A stretch of 64,000 nucleotides of DNA from Styela clava (lineage: Eukaryota). The notes beneath the pieces were generated by a model. The model was not told the origin of the DNA. It did not search any database and saw only the letters and a list, made by a program, of their open reading frames with translations. Below, in pieces: positions 1-13,400 of the stretch. Position 1 is the first letter of the stretch. Each line of letters opens with the position of its first letter. The stretch is taken from contig NC_135255.1 of the NCBI RefSeq assembly GCF_964204865.1, forward strand, positions 10,230,001 to 10,294,000, written 5' to 3'. Position numbers and translations under genes: made by a program.

Positions 1-1429
1 TATCCCACCTGCGTTGAAAATACATTTGACAGATTGGTTTAATAAAATCTTCTTTAGAATATGTCCAAGAAATAGTATGACACAATGGCACAAGCTTCAA
101 ATCAGTGCAGGGCTAGGCTATAGGAATCGAGCCGGTGATATCAATCTTTACATTCTTTATACATTTAAGTCGCCGCATCCAGGACTTTGTTGGAGTAAAA
201 AGATAAAGCATGTTACGAAGAAGTTTTTTTGAAGTATATATATATATATAGCAATTTCTATATGTACTTTAAACTCGTGTTTAGATTAAACTGTAAGAAA
301 TGTCGTGTTTATTATGGACACTTGGCTGTTTATTCCGACCAATAATCTGGCATCTGTGAGTTCTCCCGCAAGTCGCTCTTTTCTAAGTGCTCTGATATTT
401 TGTTATTTGTATGTTCTATTTTTCATTTTTGTTTTATTTATTCAGCTATTATATGAGGTGTTGGTGATATATATGAATAGATTAAATTGTGTGTAACTGC
501 CGGAATAAACTGATCCTCTGATGTTCATTACTATAATAAAGTCAATGCAACAAAGGTTGGCTGGTCTATTTGGATCGGGCTTTTTAAGTGTTTTTGTTGT
601 TACTTGCACATTGGATCACACAATATAACTACATATTTCTAGTTAGGTGATACCACCAGTTATGACCTACATAAACTACTTGTTTATTAGTTCTGAAGTT
701 AAAGTTTGCATAACAATGAAAAAACAATATTCGCTTACCTGTGTCTCTGAGTTCAGCACCAAGATTCCAAAGTTCCTTCAATTTATCTGGGTCTATTTCA
801 GCAGCTATACTGTCCTTGTCGCTGTCTGAAATGAATAGTTCAAGACAGTTCAAAAATTCAATGGAAATGTAACTTTGAAATTCATTATCTTCAAAATATT
901 TAGCCCTTTTTAGACAAATCCATTTTTCTAAATTAATAATAATTTATCAGAATTAAAATAAACTATGGTACTAACCGTGGAATGAACTTGGAACATAGGC
1001 ATCCACTAAAATATCCAAAAATAGTCTGTTGACAGTTTCGGGAATCAATTTCGATTTCACTGAAAAAAAAATTAAAACTATTGATCACAAATCTATTATT
1101 TCTACCGCAAAATTTGGTAAATAAATCATTTTTAATCATAAAAGAAAGTGTTTTCTGTATTGACACACAATTTTGTGCTTTCTTGTGTGTATCCTGACAT
1201 GTAAGTACTTTTGGCAATTGGTTCACGAAATATAAATATATACTTACATGTTAAGTTCTGGGATCCGCATACTTTTGTAATGATTTCATAAGCTGCATTG
1301 TTTTGATCAAGATAGTATTCTTGTTCGACAACAGGATAAGGAACGTCTAGAAAAAGATTTTTACCAACCAAATCAAAAAATGATTAACAAGAGAACAATC
1401 CTCAAATATATGGACACGACAACCAAATC
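1..1429. repeat. Recent segmental duplicate (copy A, cut off by the window edge) of 4973-6392; carries internal exons of the minus-strand secreted-protein gene
   Basis: Near-identical sequence at an offset of about 4963-4972 with a few SNPs and indels. ORFs 963-1226/5926-6189 and 1132-1371/6095-6334 are identical. Identity stops abruptly after GACAACCAAATC at 1429. Confidence 0.95.
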
Positions 1430-2834
1430 ACAACCAATTTACTTGATGCAGCATTTGTTGAGCCGTTCTCGTATTTGTCCCTTTAATTAAAATGGTGGTT
1501 GGTTTGAGTTGCGTACTTATTTTGTCTTAGATAGATGCTTCGTTCATGTTTTGCGTACAAAGCTACTTTGGAAACGAGGGACGATGTTTTTTTTAATAAT
1601 ATGCAACGCGTATTCACACCTAGCTGCCTTATTATTTTGACGTACCAATGAACTACATTCCGCCGTATCCCCATGTCTCGGTCTCGCTCCCTCTCAGCGC
1701 GAACTGTTATAAGTATAAGTTTATTTTGATTCTGTTAACGGTAGGGTTTGTGGTGTTTCCAGGCAAACTGTGACACAGTTACAATAGTTGCTGCTAACTA
1801 TAATTAAGACAATGAGTAAGCGTAAGCACGAGTTCGTTACGAATATAAAAGGAGTTTTCTAATGTCAAAGTCGAGGGAGTAAGGGCTATGCTCGCTGATT
1901 CTATTTCGATAATGATTTCCAATGACCAAAGACTGCTGAAGCAAATTGTTGGTAACGATAAATATGATTGATAAATTTTATCTATGTTTTGGCGCAGTAA
2001 AGGTAATATTTAAACTTATGTGTTTATGTTACGCAATAAATAATATGTTGTATCCACATTTTGGGTTGCTGTTCCCGTTCAAGATGACGAATGCTGGATG
2101 TTTAGTGTGTGTACCTTTCTTTGTAGCTTGGAACATTTTAGAGGTTATGTGTGGCTGTGACTTGAGGTAAAAATTGGAGTTCGAAAAGACTAGTGTGTGA
2201 TTCCTTTTTTTGCGTTTTTGCCGTTGTCTAGTACTCCCCCAAAATAACCTTTTGACACCCGTGCTTATTTTTGGCTCTAGGTAGATGGTTGGATATAGGT
2301 CATGAGTAAGTATGAAACTAATAAATCAGCTCTCTAATATTTATTAAAATTCGAAAGCAAGGAACATATTTTTATTGCGTTTTAAAACAAAAACAAATAA
2401 ATCACTGTATTAAAATAACCAAGAAAAAATATTCCCTCATTATTCACAATGACCTAAGCATCAATGGAATGTTGGCTACTTGTATACAGTTTATGTCTCT
2501 GAGGTTCAAGTTCTGTTCATCGATTAAATTTATCCGTATGGATTCTTTCCCGTGCCCAAACATGTGAGAATAAACAAATTCTCTTACCTAATTCAGTTTC
2601 ACTTTCTGTCACTTGGATGCTAGACATCTTGTCTGTAATATCTGCGGATACGATTTCAGTGAATATTAGCTACTCGAGCATAAAAAATTGATCTGATTTT
2701 CCTAATCACAGCTAAGTTTTTAAAGAAAAATCTAAATATTTTTGGTTTAAGAATCTATGGATTAAAGCATAACTTAGATATATATGTATATCTTTTATAC
2801 AAGAGCCCAAATATTTTAAATATAAAAAAGATTG

Positions 2835-3047
2835 GGTACTTTCTGGTATGTAAACTAAGTTAGGGTTAGGCCATAATTATATTCCGATTTTCCTTATTTT
2901 AGTTCTATTACGAGTTCGGGAACTGACTGTGTTAGCCAAGTGAATATATCCCCTGTCTATAGGCTTCCGTTCTTTTACACAACTTGATGAAAAGTAGGTG
3001 AACAAAATTAGTTACCTCCATATCGGTACACACACTTCTGAAGCGCC
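2835..3047. mobile_element. Merlin-like MITE family copy (GGTAC...AGCGCC ends, internal TTAGGGTTAGGCCATAAT)
   Basis: Same sequence in reverse orientation at 54672-54899 and degraded at 37460-37613. Ends resemble the elements at 21175 and 61025. Confidence 0.7.
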
Positions 3048-4518
3048 GTAAATTGCATACATAAGCAACACACTCCTTAATAAAATGTCCTGTTTCTTTT
3101 TGTCCTCGTGGGATAAGCTGAAGATTAAGTAAAATCATAATCATATTACCACCGCGCTTTGTCTGGCCCAGCATGGACTGTGACAGATTATTGCTCAACC
3201 TCAATAACATAAAACGGTCTGATTAATCTGAATACGACTCCCGTCTCTTGGGCGTTTACTCTACATTGGTCCTATTTTTGCGTGAAAATGGATTCCTCGC
3301 GACCTATCAAACGGGTTCTGCAATGGTTATTTATTCGAAGTTTTTATGTATGCTCAAATATGTGCTACCTCCTACTCAACGCGATAGTGAAATATCAGAA
3401 TATTCTTAATAAGAACACTGTGACTGTGGAGGTTTCTTATGAGTCAAACTTCCTATAACAACACAACCGTTGTGGGCGTTGTTGAAGGCATTCACTTGAT
3501 TGACTCAATAACACATTACGTTTACAAACACTTTTAAATACACCGAGACATCACAGGCACGTAAAAATTTAAAATACTCGATGGAGAATATTAATGAGAC
3601 AAAATTCCGTAAGCCCGTGCCACGACATGTGGTTGAGTTGTTTTATTAGCTATCCTTCTTCGTTGTAAATGTCTGAAATAAAAACCCGAATCTAAATCCC
3701 TAACCCTAGATGGTTGGTTGGTTCACGTAAAGTCATAATCTTATTCCATTTTCTGGGGTTGCACGGAATTCACAATCAGTTACGGACGTTTTTCAACGAC
3801 ATTATTTTATTTTATTGAGCATTATTTTACTGTGATTGCCCTTGCCGACATTATGACGTAAAACTCGACAAATTTAGAAATTTCTTTACTCATTGTATCT
3901 GTCGATTGATGTTATATTTTTGTTTTCGAAATGTGTAGTATCCATTCAACTGAAGATAAGTCTCTGACGTTGTTGACGTAATCTGCTTTTGACTCAATGA
4001 ATGATAGTGTGACTGACACAATGACTTGATAGGAATTTGCGACCTCTCGTCAATTGAGGTTGAAATGTTGATGTCCGTTTCACCAATTTTTTTTAGGTTT
4101 TTATTTTTTTCAATTACACAAAGTTTCTTGCAAAACCAAAAATGAGAATGAATATTCTATTACCTGGCTACTCCTACAGCTGATGTAGACTTGTAACCAA
4201 CAAGTATATAAAATGCCACATTATATAAAAAGAACCACCCAATATCGATATTTTATTCTATCTCTATCGCCACGACAGAATAAAATAATTCCTTCCCTTC
4301 ATAAACATCGTTTTACGCAACACAAACATAATATTCTTCTTATATTACCGAAAAAACGCTAAACATCACATCCGGTTTCTCAGAATTCTGTAGCATCTGA
4401 TTTTGACATTTGCTACTATCTCACTGTCATTGCGACTAAATTATCACAAGTATCCTCTAACTGTGTTTATTACATTTTAGCTCATTTACAAATATTATGT
4501 CAAAAACATTACAACAAA

Positions 4519-7500
4519 TTAGGTTCCAGGTGCAAACCCAGAGGAGCCGCCGCGACTACTAGGAGGTCCGCTGGCCCAACGTGCTGAACTTCCTCTTGAA
4601 GTCGGTGCAGCGCCTCCGCTAGAAGATCCTGGAGATGCGGGAGCACTTGCAAAATCCCCATATTCAAAATCCGATCCTTCATCTTCTTCCCCTCCACAAT
4701 CAATCCCTGCGTAGGTTTGTAAAAATGTGTGAATCCAAAATTCATTTTATTCACATTGGAAAAATGTGTCCAATTTTTAACAACCGGCGAGTGTACTCTG
4801 ACAAACTATGACTAGATTCCTTTTAACTGAGTTATGTAGACAGAACAAGAAAATGATATTCGTTTGATTTTGAAATACAAAGAAATCTTAATTTACCTAA
4901 TTCTTTTGCAGTTTCTCTCACTCTGCTGATTGATGTTCTCTCTGTCATATCTGTAAGAGCTGAATCAAAGCATATCCCACCTGCGTTGAAAATACATTTG
5001 ACAGATTGGTTTAATAAAATCTTCTTTAGAATATGTCCAAGAAATAGTATGACACAATGGCACAAGCTTCAAATCAGTGCAGGGCTAGGCTATAGGAATC
5101 GAGCCGGTGGTATCACTCCTTACATTCTTTATACTTAAGTCGCCGCATCCGGGACTTTGTTGGAGTAAAAATATAAAGCATGTTACGAAGAAGTTTTTTT
5201 GAATGATATATATATATATAGCAATTTGTATATGTACTTTAAACTCGTGTTTAGATTAAACTGTAAGAAATGTCGTGTTTATTATGGACACTTGGCTGTT
5301 TATTCCGACCAATAATCTGGCATCTGTGAGTTCTCCCGCAAGTCGCTCTTTTCTAAGTGCTCTGATATTTTGTTATTTGTAAGTTCTATTTTTGTTTTAT
5401 TTATTCAGCTATTATATGAGGTGTTGGTGATATATATGAATAGATGAAATTGTGTGTAACTGCCGGAATAAACTGATCCTCTGATGTTCATTACTATAAT
5501 AAAGTCAATGCAACAAAGGTTGGCTGGTCTATTTGGATCGGGCTTTTTAAGTGTTTTTGTTGTTACTTGCACATTGGATCACACAATATCACTACATATT
5601 TCTAGTTGGGTGATACCACCAGTTATGACCTACATAAACTACTTATTTATTAGTTCTGAAGTTAAAGTTTGCATAACAATGAAAAAACAATATTCGCTTA
5701 CCTGTGTCTCTGAGTTCAGCACCAAGATTCCAAAGTTCCTTCAATTTATCTGGGTCTATTTCAGCAGCTATACTGTCCTTGTCGCTGTCTGAAATGAATA
5801 GTTCAAGACAGTTCAAAAATTCAATGGAAATGTAACTTTGAAATTCATTATCTTCAAAATATTTAGCCCTTTTTAGACAAATCCATTTTTCTAAATTAAT
5901 AATAATTTATCAGAATTAAAATAAACTATGGTACTAACCGTGGAATGAACTTGGAACATAGGCATCCACTAAAATATCCAAAAATAGTCTGTTGACAGTT
6001 TCGGGAATCAATTTCGATTTCACTGAAAAAAAAATTAAAACTATTGATCACAAATCTATTATTTCTACCGCAAAATTTGGTAAATAAATCATTTTTAATC
6101 ATAAAAGAAAGTGTTTTCTGTATTGACACACAATTTTGTGCTTTCTTGTGTGTATCCTGACATGTAAGTACTTTTGGCAATTGGTTCACGAAATATAAAT
6201 ATATACTTACATGTTAAGTTCTGGGATCCGCATACTTTTGTAATGATTTCATAAGCTGCATTGTTTTGATCAAGATAGTATTCTTGTTCGACAACAGGAT
6301 AAGGAACGTCTAGAAAAAGATTTTTACCAACCAAATCAAAAAATGATTAACAAGAGAACAATCCTCAAATATATGGACACGACAACCAAATCGAAATATT
6401 TTCCCCACAATGTCCCCCAATACAACAATATCCTGGACAAAGCTGAAACTGTGAAAAGCTTTACCAGGTCTTGTGACAATGATGATTCATGCGTGGGGTG
6501 CCAACATGATTTAAAATTCTGAATGATTCGACTCATAGTGTCCAATAATTCAATACAAAAAATATAAACTAAGACACATTGTCAGAAGTAAGAATCAGAA
6601 TACCAAATTAATTTCATTTTCGTATCTTTTTTGTACACATACAATATTTGTACACGTGCAATATTGCTTGAAAATTTAATAACATATCGCAAAATCTTTT
6701 CGAACAATTTTTACTGAATTCGTATCTAACACGTTAACATACTTAAAACAATATCCCAGAAGATCGGGTCCACAACAAATTTGAAGACGTCATAAACTGT
6801 GAAAATAAAAAAAATAAAAAATATAAATCATGCAGTTGAAACGCAATACAATATTTTTGATATTTTTTAAAGTATTTTAAATTTCCAAATCGTTGACAAT
6901 TTTTTACCAATATTTTTTTAACCATACCTTTTTTTCTGTTTCTTCTGTCAGATTGCCAATTAAATCAAATGAATTAACTTATCATTGGTAGGTATGCTGT
7001 ATGCATGCCAAAAATTTTATCATTTTCATGGCAGTTTGCAAACAGTATTAAATGAAAAAGGAACAGTCCTAAATGTAGTAAATATATACATATATATGTA
7101 TTGGTCATAATATGGGTTGATATATCATTAAGTTCTTACGTGGCCAAAACTTCTTCGATACACTCATCATCGCCGTTGCCAGTTCCGTCATTGCCATATA
7201 GTCGTTGCTGAGTTTTTCAACAAACGCGTTGTTGCTACATATCGTAAATTTACAATTATTGAATGATTCGATAGCTTTTTCTTCTTCCTCTGCGGACAAA
7301 AAATCGTTGTAACCCCAATCTCGGATTTTGTACTTTACGAAGCTTTCTATTATCGAGCACTGAAAGAAGATATTCAAAAATGCACTTATTCTTCAAGCCA
7401 GTGTACATAGAAAGATTAAAATAAAGTATATCATATATAACTGTGACGACATTCAAATATGCACGTTTTCCTACTTAAACAAAAAACACTGGGTAAATTC

Positions 7501-8571
7501 AACACCTTGGATCGATTGTTATCACTCTTGTATATTTACTAAATTTTACTATAAACACATTTACCACATACCATTTTTATGATTCTTTGATAATCTCATA
7601 ATTATTCAACTCCTACGCCGGGTATGATTCCATATGGAACACGGCTCATTTTGTTGGAAAGCATATGCCCTCATATATTTCATACTTACGTAAATCTTAC
7701 ACTCTTTCAGATGATTACCATGAAAAATTAACATCAGAAATGTTTATTTTACCTTCACGTCGTAATATTGTAAATCTAGTGGAAGATTCTGAAGAAAATG
7801 AAAATAAAAGAACATAAGTCGCAAGTGCGAAGAACGTAAATCAAATAACTCAACTGCAAAAAATAAAATGTTCAAATGGACGCAGAAAATAAAATTACCT
7901 TTATTGGGAAATACAATGGAGGTGTGTACCAGTTGTTGCTCTGAAACAGATTTAAATCAAATATCATAAACAAAACTAATTTGAAAACCTAAATCTAATT
8001 TTTGAAAAGCAGATTTACCGGAATAGCTCGTTCCATGTCCATAACGTCCTGAAATAAATTTTAAACAAATAAATTAAAACATTTATCAATCAAATTATGT
8101 TTACCGTGATTATGTTTGATCAAAATGATCGACGGTGGTCAAAAAAAATCTCGTTATTCGGTCAATGAACTTACGCCTTTTAGCCTTCAGCTCAGGACAA
8201 GCCTATATTCAAGAAGTCACATTGATGTGCGTATCAATAACAAAGGAAATATATTATTTTATTTCGGTAAGCCTACACGATCAATGTCCATAGGTGCAAT
8301 AGTATGCAGGTGCAATTGTCGTGGGTTCAAATTACGGGTTCAAATGTACATGGGTTCAAATGTAATGGAACCACTTAAACACATGCTACTTAACTATAGT
8401 TTCTTATAAAAATAACATTCACTTACTTCTGCTTGAAGAACCTGTACATAAAATACAAGACATAAAAAATAATTATTGAAATGGAAAGCAAACAAAAAGA
8501 AACAAAACAAAAAGAAAATAACTTACATGAACGAAAAGTGCCCCAAATAGGATAGCAACAAGATAAGGCAT
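4519..8571 (-). CDS. Uncharacterised multi-exon, probably secreted protein (exon model partly resolved)
   Basis: Spliced in-frame micro-exons: MPYLVAILFGALFVH|VLQAE|ACPELKAKR|RYGHGTSYS|EQQLVHTSIVFPNK|ESSTRFTILRRE. Later exons DVPYPVVEQEYYLDQ..NLT|LKSKLIPETVNRLFLDILVDAYVPSSFH|DSDKDSIAAEIDPDKLKELWNLGAELRDT. Last exon GIDCGGEEDEGSDFEYGDFASAPASPGSSSGG...FAPGT*. Canonical GTAAG/TTTCAG sites. Several middle junctions could not be resolved. Confidence 0.55.
4973..6392. repeat. Segmental duplicate copy B (inside the apparently intact gene)
   Basis: Near-identity to 1-1429. Confidence 0.95.
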
Positions 8572-10414
8572 ATCTTCTCCTCGAAATACAAAATTCAGAA
8601 CTAAATTATTATCATTCAATTCAACTGCAAAAATTTTCTACAGTATGGTTACTTGAGTAAATTAAATAAAAAAAATTAATAAAATTTATGCTAGCTATGG
8701 GAGCTATTGTCCTAATTATTTTCTGCCAAAAACTGATCTCCGACATTAGAATTTGAAACTTTCCTCTAAATGCTTAACAGATTATAAAGCAAAATGAAGC
8801 TACAAGATCGTAGGAGCAGTATAATCTTCAAAATTAATACTTTTTTCATCACTACACACATCCGTGCGGAATCTATTTCCGAATGAATTCGAATTTCAAT
8901 GGACTTCAATGGAATCTAATTTTTATAATTTAAATTTAGGAGCGCCAAGATCAGTTACGCCCCCCAAAGAAATGAAATGATGGACATCGTACGTTACGGT
9001 ATCTTAAAACTAAATCAAATTTAAGTGTGCTATTAGGATAAACGATTCATTGTTGTCATAGCAGTATTTTTCTGTTTTTCTTTCACGCCAAATCATACGT
9101 ATCATTATCTTAGAATTAGATGAAAAACATCACTAAGAAAGAATAAAAATATCTCGAGTTTCCTATTTAGGGGTCTAGAAGTTTTTAAACAAGATGATAT
9201 TTTTCAAATAGGGATTAAAAATCGTGTAAGCAAAACTACATATATATGCCCAATGAAAGCAAAAGCAATCGAGTTAGTTGGAAATATCGGAATTTTCTTT
9301 TGAGAACAAAACAACACAATTCATAACCTACGCTGAACGAGATTGTATCGCGGTATTGGGGCTGCGATATAGGCAATCTCCTACAAAATTCGTTGCATTT
9401 TCGACATTTAAACTATAACTGTAATATCTAAGCGGTAATGAACTAGAGACGTTTAACTCCCTTTTATTACAAACTATTTGTTTGTTTTCAAGTTCAATAA
9501 TACAGGTTCTTTGTACTTGCTTGCTCGCATTCACCTGAATTGCAGAAGTTATCACGTTACCAGTAGAAGCTTTCAATTTTCTTCTATGATTTGAAACGGA
9601 TCAGTAGAGTATTACCTAACTCATTCTAAATGCCATGCCGTAGAGTTACCAAACTACCATTTATGATAACTTCATGAAGTAGACTTATCCCATGAATAAC
9701 GTCGACATTTTACATTTTTCTCATTTATGTCAGTTTATATAATATTTCATTGCAGTTCATGAATAGACAAATTTATGAACTCGAATATACTGTTAATATT
9801 GAATTGTGCCGTTCTTCAATAATTATGATATATACATAATAATACTGTCCAATTTCACTCTTCATTATTGGCATATACTTGAGTGTGTGTAAATATTCAA
9901 ATATAAAATGATATGTTAATTTTCTTAAACCTTAATTGCAGAAGTGAAGAATGCTATGAGTATCACATTTATTTTCCTTGTTTCGTAAATAGTAAATACA
10001 TAGCGAAACGTTATGCACTAATTTCAGAGGGAGTAAGATATCTTATCAACTCGATAAGGATTTACCGTGTAAAAGGAGCGCAATGAGAAGATTGTAAAAT
10101 ATAAATAAATGTATATACAAAGTGTATTTATATTCAACGTCAAATAATACATTTCGGTGCTTTATGACATGTGGTGATGGTCTGACCTACGTGGTAATAA
10201 TATTCAGGGAACCCAATCACTGAATTGGTCAAAGTTGAACCCGGCCGCCTGCAATAAATTTACTTCTCAACATCAAATTTTTACCGTTAGTTAGACTCAT
10301 TTCTTGACAATCAATGACAATCCTTCACATTATAGATTAAGCGATTTTGTTGGTATAATAATAGCTTCAGATTCCCAAATAAATTGCCTTCATCTCTTCT
10401 TGGTATCAAAACCT

Positions 10415-13400
10415 TCATCTAGCATATATAGCAAGACAAGTTGGCTTTATCTTCAGACTTTTTGAAATCACGGATACTCGGGCTTGATTCAAATCCACCA
10501 TTGATACATTATGCACTGTCCCTTTACCGGTAGTGCTGTTAAAGTATAAACACTGCAAGGTTTTGGAAATTTGGTAAAGTGAATACACCAACCAAGAGTA
10601 AACCTGTTTGCGAGCAATGAAATGGCCGTTGCTTGAAATTGAATGAGAATCTGGCTTTCTTATATAAGATATTTCTAAATATATATAGGTTGACTACTTA
10701 TAAACAAGTTTGTGGGTAAATAAGTTCCCAAGTATTTTGGGTCTCACTTAATTTCGTAACACATATATCCATGTAGCTGTTAATATAAAATTCTTAAAAC
10801 CTATAACCTAATTATTAAATCATACCTGTCTTCTGAAGCAAGAACAACAATGCATCCATCCACCACACATGCGCAACGTATATTACGTGGAAATTTAATA
10901 TTTGTAACCATTGTCCATTGATTTGAAAAGGGATCATAATATTCTGCATCAGTTCTTAAGTTCTTCCCACCACCTAACATATCCATGAATTTTCCACCTA
11001 GAAATAAACAACAAACCCCACCTGCAATGAATCATTTCAAACAAAATCCGTCGAAAAAGACATTTAATGGACACGAAATGTACATCGTTTTGCTAAATTT
11101 TTGTTGTGGTGACATTTGTTGGGAAAGAATTGCTATTCTCCGAAACTAATACGCCAAATATCTATCAGTACTCAAAGCAAGTTGAAACTGCTAGAAAGAA
11201 ATTTTATTTATTTTTTTTCATATTATCTCCGAGTCCTATAAAACGTTACCCGAAATTTTGCTATTTCTACGAATATTGCGTCACCACGTGGTAGTACAGT
11301 GACGTCAGGCAAGGCTGACATCTTTGTGACAACGTAGGCGCTGGTTACTCAGCTGCAGTGTTACCGGTACCTATATGTGAATAATGGTGGTTATGGAACT
11401 CGATTTACAATCATGTTATGAAGCTTTTAAATAGTCAGATAATGGACTTCTTAATGGGAGTTATTCGCATAGGCTACCGGTACTGCGGTTCGATAAGTTC
11501 CTGACTCTCTTATATACATTATTTACCTCCCATCACGTATATTTTTCTGTTGTGAACAACCGATGAAGATTCGTATCTGACATGATGCAGAGAAGCCACA
11601 GTTGCCCACTTTCCAAATGTAGGATCAAGCTTTTCTACGGAGTTCAAATCTTGACGCCCGTTACTTCCGCCGATGCAATAAAGACTTCCTAAACAAATAA
11701 GATGCAATCTATTAACATCTTAGCACTGAAACAATTAAATATCAAACGTATTCAAGATTTTAAAAGCAAAACGAACTATCGTCATATGCTATATCTCAAC
11801 TTACCGTTTACAGCTGCAACTGAATGACCTCGTCTCGGTGTTTTCAAGCTTGAAAGATATTCCCATGAATTATCTGAAGGTCCATATTTAACCACTCCTG
11901 ACTGGTTGGAGTTTCGTCGTGTGGCACTGACATCACCGATGATAAATATGTGACCTCAACAGAAATAGGGAAGTATTAAGATAATAGACTTTAGTTGTTG
12001 TTTTTTCATTTCACTTTATATGAGGTGAGATGGCAAAGAGATAATCTGCACCTGCATTTTGGGTTTAGTATAATACCACAAGTATTCCCAATGTGCGTGG
12101 CATAAATATTTTTGTGTATGTCATTCCAAACCTCCATATGGCTAGATCATCCAAAAATTACGTCACTGTGACGTAATTTTTGGATGCTGTAGTCAGATGT
12201 CGTGAGGGTTAGGAGTGACATATGCAAAAATTGTAACATATGAGATACTAGTAGGACTTCAGATTTATATGCAATTCAAGCTTTTTTTTTTCATTAGTAA
12301 GGAATGAAAACGTACATTTGGGCAAAAATTTCACCGATTCACATATCATTTGAAGTGCTGTACACCTACCTGTCTCTACCACAAGTTTTAGCAAACAGGC
12401 ATCGTTCACGATTCTACCTGTAACCTGAGTCCAACTTGCTGATTTTGTTGCGTATTCAATTTTATACAATGATTGATTAGATCTTGCAAGTACGTAGATG
12501 TATTTGTCCAACACCACTGCAGAAAAGGTGTCCAATTCTTTGGGTAGAGACTTGAAATTAATGATAAAACTATAGTAGAAAGTACATCAATTTCTGTAAT
12601 ATTATAATTAGGTAATATGTCAAATCAAGTATTGTAAGCTTTTGTCAGGTACATCAGTATTACATGTATCAGTAATACAAAATGTAGTGTTACGCAGATT
12701 ACAAATTTTTTTTTCCGAAAACGACGTTTGAAATAAACATTCCTGGTACCTGCATCTGCATCCATTGATTGGTGGATGGTTTGTATGCCTTGATTGCTCC
12801 AACGCTTTCATCAAAAATAATCAGAGCTAAAATTAAAAGAAAATAATGACCTATTCAGCTCAAATCAACCAAGGCAACATATCACGACTTATGAGAACTA
12901 AATTATATAAACCAAAATCAAATGACAACGCGATGACAAGTGTTTATATATTCCCATTGTCACGAAATTTCACTTTTGTATTTCGTTCAAAATGCCAAGA
13001 CACTACCCAATGCACAGAGACTTTAAACGAAAAATATCACTCTTTAAAGAATTATTACCATTTGATGGAGAAGTTGTTTGTGGTGTCTCATGTCTCGGTT
13101 TACTTGCTTTTGATGGCTGACTTCCCGAGTTTGACTTCAACGTTGATGACAAAGGTGGCGATGGGGTATGAGATATTTGTCCGAATAAGACATTAACCAG
13201 CATTTCCAAGCAGACTTTCGATTCTTTAACCAATGCCTACAAACGAGTCGCAATATTTTAAAATTTGTAAATTACGTTAATTAATTGCCCTTAAGAAGAC
13301 TTGGATCAGCAATCATTATTCATATTGGTAATTTCATTAACATATTTTCGGGATAATGCAGTGCACAAATGAACCTTTGTCATCTCATTCGTGCCACTGT

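Noticed and set aside
629-1371. Chain of short minus-strand ORFs first suspected to be an endogenous viral gene
   Set aside because: They resolve into GT-AG exons of a cellular spliced gene.
2932-3210. ORFs 2932-3210 and 54570-54839 sharing RSVCTxMEVTNFV
   Set aside because: The similarity comes from the shared non-coding MITE, not a protein family.
9328-9576. 82-aa minus-strand ORF
   Set aside because: No consistent splice context or recognisable homology; cannot be supported as a gene.
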